The translations under genes and the position numbers were made by a program. From sequence record SRR22947727_2287: a DNA stretch of 42,969 nt; one strand, given 5' to 3'. Positions 36,718-42,969 of the stretch are shown here, piece after piece; position 1 is the first letter of the stretch, and every line of letters starts with the position of its first letter. The notes below the pieces were generated by a model. It was given only the letters and a program-made list of their open reading frames with translations, was not told the DNA's origin and did no database searches.

Positions 36718-37824
36718 TTTTGTAATAAATTGATTTATGTCTTGCGCTAAATCTTTGGGATTCTCTAAAGCTGCAAAATGCCCTCCATCATACTCATTCC
36801 ACTGCACTATATTATAAATATTTTCTGCCCAGACTTTAGGAGGTAGTATTATATCTTTTTTAAATATTGCTCCAGCCATAGGTTGCTGTATTGAATTAAA
36901 AGAAAATCCAAAATCCCCATTCTCTTTATAAAGCCTAGCAGAAGATGTTATTGATTCAGTGAACCAGTATAAAGAAATAATACTTAAAACCTCATCATTA
37001 GTAACAACAAGATTGTTATCATTTCCTTCAAACCACCCATAGAATTTTTCAGAAATCCATGCTGCTAGACCAACTGGAGAGTCATTTAAACCATAGCCTA
37101 TAGTTTGCGGCTTTGTTTTCTGAATTTCATAATACCCAAAACCATTTTCTTTATATTTATTATAATTTTCTAACATAGCTAATTCATGATCCGTTATTCC
37201 ATCCATTGCATTCTCATCTTCAGGAGGGAAGGCTATTACAAGGTTTAAATGAATTCCAATACAATAATCTGGAAATAGCTCAGCCATCCATTTACTCACT
37301 GTAGCTCCCCAATCTCCTCCTTGAACTACATACTTTTTATATCCCAGCGCCATCACCAACTCGTGTTGTATTTTTGCAATCTCTTTGGAATTCATCCCGG
37401 TTGATTTGGGTTTGTCAGAAAAACCAAACCCTGGAAGTGAGGGGCAAATTATATCTACTGGAATTTCAGACTCCTTTTGAATGATTGGAATGATTTTAAT
37501 GAATTCTTGGATACTACCAGGCCAGCCATGCGTCATTACAAGAGGAACTGCGTTTTTATGATCAGATTTAGCATATAAGAAATGAATACTTAAACCTGAG
37601 TTTGTTTTAAATTTAAAACTGCCTATATCGTTAATCTTTTTTTCTTGATCTTTCCAATTAAATTCATCTACCCAGTATTTTACAAGGTCTTTAAGAAATG
37701 ACATTTTTGTTCCATGAGACCAATATTGATCATTTATTTCATCAGGCCATCTTGTTTGTTGTATTCTCTTATGAAGGTCATTAATTTGATTATCAGATAC
37801 ATTGATTAAGAATTTGCTTATCAT
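36706..37824 (-). CDS. Epoxide hydrolase (microsomal-type alpha/beta hydrolase)
   Basis: TRWPD, HGWPGS, PSLPGFGFS, QGGDWG, DSPVGLAAWISEKF and GGHFAALE motifs. Confidence 0.92.
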   Translation of the reverse strand: MISKFLINVSDNQINDLHKRIQQTRWPDEINDQYWSHGTKMSFLKDLVKYWVDEFNWKDQEKKINDIGSFKFKTNSGLSIHFLYAKSDHKNAVPLVMTHGWPGSIQEFIKIIPIIQKESEIPVDIICPSLPGFGFSDKPKSTGMNSKEIAKIQHELVMALGYKKYVVQGGDWGATVSKWMAELFPDYCIGIHLNLVIAFPPEDENAMDGITDHELAMLENYNKYKENGFGYYEIQKTKPQTIGYGLNDSPVGLAAWISEKFYGWFEGNDNNLVVTNDEVLSIISLYWFTESITSSARLYKENGDFGFSFNSIQQPMAGAIFKKDIILPPKVWAENIYNIVQWNEYDGGHFAALENPKDLAQDINQFITKLKI

Positions 37825-37911
37825 TTAAATTGTCCAAAAATGTGTATGTAAACTATAAGCTATCTGCTTAAATAAAGTAAAATATATACATTGATAATAA
37901 TTGACTAGTGT

Positions 37912-38415
37912 ATGTTTGAAAAAATAGAAATCTATTTAAATGCTAATGCCGAATATGCATGGATATTTGTTTTGTTTTTTGCTTTCCTTGAATCATTTAT
38001 TTTATCTGGAGTTATAGTCTCTAGCGCAATTCTCTTTTCAGTCTGTATCCTTATTTACAATACAGATTTAATGCCAATAACTGCTATTGTTCCTGTTGCG
38101 ATTATTGGTGCGCATGCAGGTGATATGCTTGGATTTATGTTTGGGAAAACCATTGGCCCTCAGATTATGTCAACAAAGGTTGTAGCTAAAAGAAAAAAAA
38201 TGATAGCTAGAGCTCAAAAATTTTTAGATAAAACCGGGTCTTATACTGTAATTTTAGGAAGATTTATTCCCGCTATAAGACCTATAGTTCCATTTTTGCT
38301 TGGTATTTCTGATCTAAAGATTGTAAGATTTTATGTGGCTGATGTTATTGCTTGTATTTGTTGGGGCTTAGCATTAGGTTTTTTAGTAACAGGAGTAGGT
38401 TCAGTACTGGGATAA
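37912..38415 (+). CDS. DedA-family membrane protein
   Basis: FAFLES, GD..GF..G, LGRFIP.IR and ICWG motifs. Confidence 0.9.
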   Translation: MFEKIEIYLNANAEYAWIFVLFFAFLESFILSGVIVSSAILFSVCILIYNTDLMPITAIVPVAIIGAHAGDMLGFMFGKTIGPQIMSTKVVAKRKKMIARAQKFLDKTGSYTVILGRFIPAIRPIVPFLLGISDLKIVRFYVADVIACICWGLALGFLVTGVGSVLG

Positions 38416-38419
38416 TATT

Positions 38420-38605
38420 ATGTTAAGTATTTTTATATTAGTTGTAAGCACCATAGCTTTAGTTTATCTATTAATTCAGCTGGTTAAAGCCAAGCAGCAT
38501 GGTAGATTTTTGCAGACCTTAAGAGATTTACTTATTATTCTTCTAGCTATTCTTATGACTGTTGCCATTTTTTATATTGGCTACAGATTTTTTAGAGCAT
38601 TTTAA
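38420..38605 (+). CDS. Small two-TM hypothetical protein
   Basis: 61-aa ORF with two hydrophobic helices, tightly packed between dedA and the HIT gene. Confidence 0.7.
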   Translation: MLSIFILVVSTIALVYLLIQLVKAKQHGRFLQTLRDLLIILLAILMTVAIFYIGYRFFRAF

Positions 38606-38614
38606 TTCTTATTA

Positions 38615-38956
38615 ATGTCTTCAACTTTATTTGAAAAAATTATTAATAGAGAGATTCCCGCAGATATTATCTATGAGGATGAGCTTTCGATTGTTATAAA
38701 AGATATACAACCACAGGCTCCTACCCATCTATTAATTATTCCAAAAAAAGTTATTCCAAAACTTTCTGATGGCTTGGAAGAAGATAAAGAGACTTTAGGT
38801 CATTTGATGTTAGTGGCTGGAAGGGTAGCAGATTTATTATATCTAGATGATACTTTTAGGATTGTTATTAATAATGGAGCTAAAGCAGGTCAAAGTGTAT
38901 TTCACCTGCATTTGCACCTTTTATCCGGCAGATCTCTTAATTGGCCCCCGGGCTAA
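38615..38956 (+). CDS. hinT: Histidine triad nucleotide-binding protein
   Basis: TLFEKII.REIPA, DIQPQAPTH, GQSVFHLHLHLLSGR and WPPG motifs. Confidence 0.95.
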   Translation: MSSTLFEKIINREIPADIIYEDELSIVIKDIQPQAPTHLLIIPKKVIPKLSDGLEEDKETLGHLMLVAGRVADLLYLDDTFRIVINNGAKAGQSVFHLHLHLLSGRSLNWPPG

Positions 38957-39051
38957 TAAAAGATATAAGCACCAAGTCCTAATAAAAATACTATAGAACC
39001 AATACCCATTACAAAGTATCCACCAAGCTTAATAGTTTGACTATCACTCAT
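38953..39051 (-). CDS. Unannotated 32-aa single-TM small protein
   Basis: MSDSQTIKLGGYFVMGIGSIVFLLGLGAYIFY*. Strong SD GGAGGAG lies 6 nt upstream, and its stop overlaps the hinT stop. Confidence 0.7.
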   Translation of the reverse strand: MSDSQTIKLGGYFVMGIGSIVFLLGLGAYIFY

Positions 39052-39155
39052 GATTTTCTCCTCCCTTTAAAAAATATATCAAAAATATGCTCATTTACAA
39101 GGTTATTTAATATTATTCCATATAAAATAAAACTATAAATTTAAAGTGAGCTAAC

Positions 39156-40412
39156 TTGGATATCTCTTCGCAAAAAACTTTTACAAAAACGGTTAAGTCC
39201 TGGATTGCCTATGACGCTGGTAATTCAGCTTTTGCTACAACTGTTGTTGCAGCATTTTTTCCAATTTTCTATCTTGAATTTTGGGCGTCTACGATGCCTA
39301 AAGTTGAAGCATCTATATATTTAAATTGGACATTAGTTATATGTAATTCCTTAATATTGCTTTCCGGTCCAGTTATTGGTGCATACACTGATATTAATAG
39401 ATCAACCAAAAGTGCACTTAATATGTTTACTATAGTTGGAGCTCTTTTTGTTGGCTCTCTTTTTTTTATTGATGTTGGTTCTTGGCTTTATGCACTGATT
39501 TTTTTTGGAATTGCCAATTATTGTTTTTGTGTTGCGCAAATTCCATATGACAAAATTTTGACGAAGATAACGACACCTAATAATTTTTCTATTATTTCAA
39601 ATCAAGGTTATGCATGGGGTTATTTTGGAGGAGGAGCATTATTTTTATTGAATGCTTTAATGAGCATATATCCCAGTTCTTTTGGATTAGCTTCGCAGGC
39701 TGAGGCTATCAGAGTTTCATTTTTAATGGTTTCGATTTGGTGGCTTTTATTTTTAATACCATTGTTTTTGAACTTTAAAGAAAATAAAACCGAAAAACAT
39801 TCTATGAGTGTCTTTAGCTCTTCATTTAAAAATATTTTCAAAACACTTAAATCAGTTTATCAATATAAAAATGCTTTCTTGTTCTTAATAGCATTTTTTT
39901 TGTTCATTGATGGCGCTCACACCGTCATATATCTAGCATCTACTTTTGCACTTAACTTAGGTTTAGAGACAAGCTCTATTATTCAAGCTTTAATATTGGT
40001 TCAGTTTGTAGCATTTCCTGCAACACTTTTATGGGGATATGTAGCTAATAAGTATGGAGACAAGCTAGTTCTTTACATCACTATTACTTCATATATTTGC
40101 ATCATCATCTACAGTACAACTCTATCAAGTGCACTTGAGTTTTATTTATTAGCTGCTTGGGTTGGTTTTGTTCAAGGTGGTATTCAAGGAAGCTCTAGAG
40201 GAATGTTTGGAAAGCTTATACCCAAAGAGAAAGCAGGTGAGTTTTTTGGGCTATATAATGTTATGGGCAGAGCAGGGGCTATACTAGGACCACTGATGGT
40301 TGGAACTCTTTTAACTTTATATGGAAATGTAAGAATAGCTCTACTTCCTATTGCAGTTTTATTTATCATTGGTGGGCTATTGCTTACTAGAGTAAAAAAT
40401 GAAATTGTTTAG
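39156..40412 (+). CDS. MFS transporter (UMF1/Atg22-like family)
   Basis: SWIAYDAGNSAF, GYAWGYFGG, AFFLFIDG and SSR.MFGKLIP.EKAGEFFGLY motifs, about 12 TM helices, TTG start. Confidence 0.85.
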   Translation: MDISSQKTFTKTVKSWIAYDAGNSAFATTVVAAFFPIFYLEFWASTMPKVEASIYLNWTLVICNSLILLSGPVIGAYTDINRSTKSALNMFTIVGALFVGSLFFIDVGSWLYALIFFGIANYCFCVAQIPYDKILTKITTPNNFSIISNQGYAWGYFGGGALFLLNALMSIYPSSFGLASQAEAIRVSFLMVSIWWLLFLIPLFLNFKENKTEKHSMSVFSSSFKNIFKTLKSVYQYKNAFLFLIAFFLFIDGAHTVIYLASTFALNLGLETSSIIQALILVQFVAFPATLLWGYVANKYGDKLVLYITITSYICIIIYSTTLSSALEFYLLAAWVGFVQGGIQGSSRGMFGKLIPKEKAGEFFGLYNVMGRAGAILGPLMVGTLLTLYGNVRIALLPIAVLFIIGGLLLTRVKNEIV

Positions 40413-40587
40413 TAAAGAATCAATAATTTTTTATAGTATTTTAGGTGCAATATCTGGCTTTATCTTAGCCCCTTTTATAAGAAGCTTAATGGATTATTCG
40501 ACCTTAATTGAAATACTTATAACGACCTCAATTATTATTCCTATTTATATAATAGCAAAAAGAGTACTTATTAAATTTATTGATTAG
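40399..40587 (+). CDS. Small two-TM hypothetical protein
   Basis: 62-aa hydrophobic ORF overlapping the end of the MFS gene. Confidence 0.6.
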   Translation: MKLFSKESIIFYSILGAISGFILAPFIRSLMDYSTLIEILITTSIIIPIYIIAKRVLIKFID

Positions 40588-41320
40588 AGTCTGAATTTAG
40601 AACTTCAAACAAAAGCTTTGGTTTGTCAGTAATAATTCCATCAACCCCTAGATCTATTAAATATTTAAAATTTTTCTCATCGTTAATTGTCCAAACACAA
40701 ACTTTCAAGCCTTTGCTATGAATAAATTTTACAAATCTTTTTGTTACCAGTTTAATGCCATATTCATAAATAGGAATTTGAAGACAGTTACCTAAGATTG
40801 TTTTTTTATATAAACCAAAACTAGATAAAAGCATTTTAGCAACCTCATATGGCCCCATTGATATACAAATATCTGGATAATTATTATTTACTAAACTTAA
40901 TCGCCTGCTATTAAAGCTTGCTATACAGACTCTATCCATAGCATTATTTTCTTGAATAACTGCTAATGCTGGCATTGCCACTTCATCTGTCTTTACATCA
41001 ATTTGAAATTTCATGTCAGGGAACATTGTTAGAACAGTTTCAAGCTTTGGTATGGAATGCTCTTTAAAGATTTTAAGATTATCTATTTCGCTTGAATGAA
41101 GAGAACTGAATACATCATTTCTATTTAAGAGTCTCGTAAGTGTTTCATCATGAAAAATATAAGGTATTCCATCTGATGATACTTGAACATCTGTTTCAAT
41201 AAACTCACAACCAATAGATTTTGAGTAATGAAATGATTCAATGGTATTTTCAAGTGATTCAATTGAGCCACCTCTATGAGCTAGCACAGCTATACCTTGG
41301 TAGTTCAGATAAGGTTTCAT
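40577..41320 (-). CDS. Glycerophosphodiester phosphodiesterase (GDPD, cytoplasmic)
   Basis: AHRGG, ENT, IETDV, IFHD, WTIND and GVDGIITDKP motifs. No signal peptide. Confidence 0.93.
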   Translation of the reverse strand: MKPYLNYQGIAVLAHRGGSIESLENTIESFHYSKSIGCEFIETDVQVSSDGIPYIFHDETLTRLLNRNDVFSSLHSSEIDNLKIFKEHSIPKLETVLTMFPDMKFQIDVKTDEVAMPALAVIQENNAMDRVCIASFNSRRLSLVNNNYPDICISMGPYEVAKMLLSSFGLYKKTILGNCLQIPIYEYGIKLVTKRFVKFIHSKGLKVCVWTINDEKNFKYLIDLGVDGIITDKPKLLFEVLNSDSNQ

Positions 41321-41386
41321 GTTTGGTTATTGTATACACTAATAATGTAAAATATAAGAAACTATCAATTTAATAATTATCTATCC

Positions 41387-42496
41387 GTGAATAAGTTTGA
41401 CTCTATAAGACCCTACGAAGATAGCGAGGTAGAGGAAGTTCTATCAAGTCTTTGTTCAAATATTAATGTTATCAGAGCTTTAATAGATTCTGCTGATAGT
41501 AGCTTAATGTCTTTACTCCCTTTTAAAGAAAAAATTATTTCCTTATATCTAAAGCATAAAACAAAAAACATTACCTCAATTCATGAATATCAGAATCTTT
41601 TTGAATCAATAGTCTCTAAAGTTGTTTCTCAAAGTATTGATAACTTATCAGTTTCTGGGCTTGAAAACTTAGACAAAAATAAAGGGTATCTTTTTATATC
41701 TAATCATAGAGACATAACTTTAGATTCAGCATTATTAAATCTTAAACTCCATCAAAATGGCTTCCAAACAACCAATAATGCAGTTGGAAATAATTTAATG
41801 AATGAGAAATGGGCCTCAGATTTAATGCGTCTTAACAAAAGCTTTATTATAGATAGAAGCGATAAATCAAAAAAAGATATTTATAAAAGTTTAAATCTTG
41901 CCTCTGAATTTATTTGTAATTCTATTTTAAATAAAACAGAATCAGTATGGATAGCGCAGAAACAGGGAAGATCGAAAGATGGAATCGACTATACAGACCC
42001 CACTGTTCTCAAAATGATACATTTATCAAAGAGAAAATTATTAAGCATACATAAATTTTTTAATGATCTTAACGTAGTACCAGTTTCTATTTCATATGAA
42101 AAAGATCCCAATGATTTATTAAAAACAAGAGAACTATATTTGACATCAATAAACAATTCTTATGAAAAAGAACCAAGAGAAGATCTTATAAGTATTGCTG
42201 ATGGCATTAAAGGCAAGAAGGGGAATGTACATCTCTCGATTGGCAAAAAGATGGTATTTGTATCAGACAGTTATGACGACATCGCTTCACAAATAACAAA
42301 TGACATTAAGTCATCATATAGAATACACTCTACAAATATAGCTGCATGTATGATTCAGGGAAAAGATATCCCCAATCATAGTTTTTCTAACGAAGAAGTA
42401 GATAATGCTATGCAATATCTAAAACAAAGAATGCACACCATGCAAGATGATATGCATTCATTTTATTTAAATCAATACAGTAATTCTATTTTATAA
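41387..42496 (+). CDS. Glycerolipid acyltransferase (PlsB/PlsC superfamily)
   Basis: FDSIRPY, HxxxxD motif SNHRDITLD, WIAQKQGRSKDG and PVSISYE; GTG start. Confidence 0.85.
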   Translation: MNKFDSIRPYEDSEVEEVLSSLCSNINVIRALIDSADSSLMSLLPFKEKIISLYLKHKTKNITSIHEYQNLFESIVSKVVSQSIDNLSVSGLENLDKNKGYLFISNHRDITLDSALLNLKLHQNGFQTTNNAVGNNLMNEKWASDLMRLNKSFIIDRSDKSKKDIYKSLNLASEFICNSILNKTESVWIAQKQGRSKDGIDYTDPTVLKMIHLSKRKLLSIHKFFNDLNVVPVSISYEKDPNDLLKTRELYLTSINNSYEKEPREDLISIADGIKGKKGNVHLSIGKKMVFVSDSYDDIASQITNDIKSSYRIHSTNIAACMIQGKDIPNHSFSNEEVDNAMQYLKQRMHTMQDDMHSFYLNQYSNSIL

Positions 42497-42969
42497 ACTA
42501 TAGCCTTGTTCATTATGTTCACTCATATCAAGTCCTATATCTTCTTGTTCACCAGTAACACGAATTTCTGTAAATACATTAACGACTTTTAGAATGACGT
42601 AAGTTACAACAGCTGTATATGCGCATATTATAAATACACCCTGAAGTTGAATTGATAATTGTGCAATTACTCCATCATCTGAAATGCCTGAAGCACCAGA
42701 TCCTAAGAAACCTTCCGGATTTCCTACAACTGCCAACATTATGATTCCTAGAATTCCACCAACACCATGGACTGGAAATACGTCAAGAGAGTCATCAATT
42801 TTGAAATATGATTTAACAGCCTGAGTTGCATAAAAACAAATTATCCCTGCCATCAATCCAATTAGTAACGCTCCTGCTGGTCCAACTGTTCCTGAGGCAG
42901 GTGTAATTGTTGCTAATCCAGCAACCATACCAGTTGCTATACCAATCATTGTTGCTTTACCTGATTTTA
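42491..42969 (-). CDS. amtB: Ammonium transporter, 3' part (runs off right edge)
   Basis: AGLATITPASG, IDDSLDVFPVHGVGG and GLDMSEHNE motifs. The frame is open to the window end. Confidence 0.95.
   Translation of the reverse strand, partial: KSGKATMIGIATGMVAGLATITPASGTVGPAGALLIGLMAGIICFYATQAVKSYFKIDDSLDVFPVHGVGGILGIIMLAVVGNPEGFLGSGASGISDDGVIAQLSIQLQGVFIICAYTAVVTYVILKVVNVFTEIRVTGEQEDIGLDMSEHNEQGYSL

Noticed and set aside
2783-40369. Short overlapping ORFs in the track (e.g. 2783-2983, 4694-4900, 6235-6441, 6521-6799, 8591-8794, 11131-11523, 13740-14153, 14194-14634, 17030-17413, 21255-21623, 31034-32137 minus-strand set, 39620-39841, 40184-40369)
   Set aside because: They lie within or antisense to well-supported genes and lack recognisable motifs, so they are treated as shadow ORFs.

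Overview
Very AT-rich, gene-dense bacterial DNA with short or overlapping intergenic spacers. The gene content (TonB receptors, 6-4 photolyase, phytase, amtB) suggests a streamlined marine gammaproteobacterium such as SAR86; this is inference, as no rRNA gene is present. The window is dominated by a phosphorus-acquisition region. Its core is a PhoB/PhoR-like two-component pair, a 980-aa internally duplicated beta-helix-type lipoprotein preceded by a Pho-box-like site, a TonB-dependent receptor and a compact type II secretion operon (gspC-M, with a prepilin peptidase about 12 kb upstream). Around this core lie ppx, ppk2, a PiT phosphate transporter, a TetR regulator, a second TonB receptor with a beta-propeller phytase, a short PhoD phosphatase and a glycerophosphodiesterase. 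Also present: tRNA-Gly(TCC), a multiply broken lipoprotein pseudogene next to it, two small membrane ORFs missed by the ORF track, a 6-4 photolyase apparently lacking its Fe-S cysteines, a CinA-like/nucleotidyltransferase fusion, ggt, an acyl-CoA ligase, an epoxide hydrolase, DedA, HIT, MFS and acyltransferase genes, and partial rpmG and amtB at the edges. No CRISPR array, integrase or transposase was seen. All family assignments come from motif recognition by eye, not database searches.
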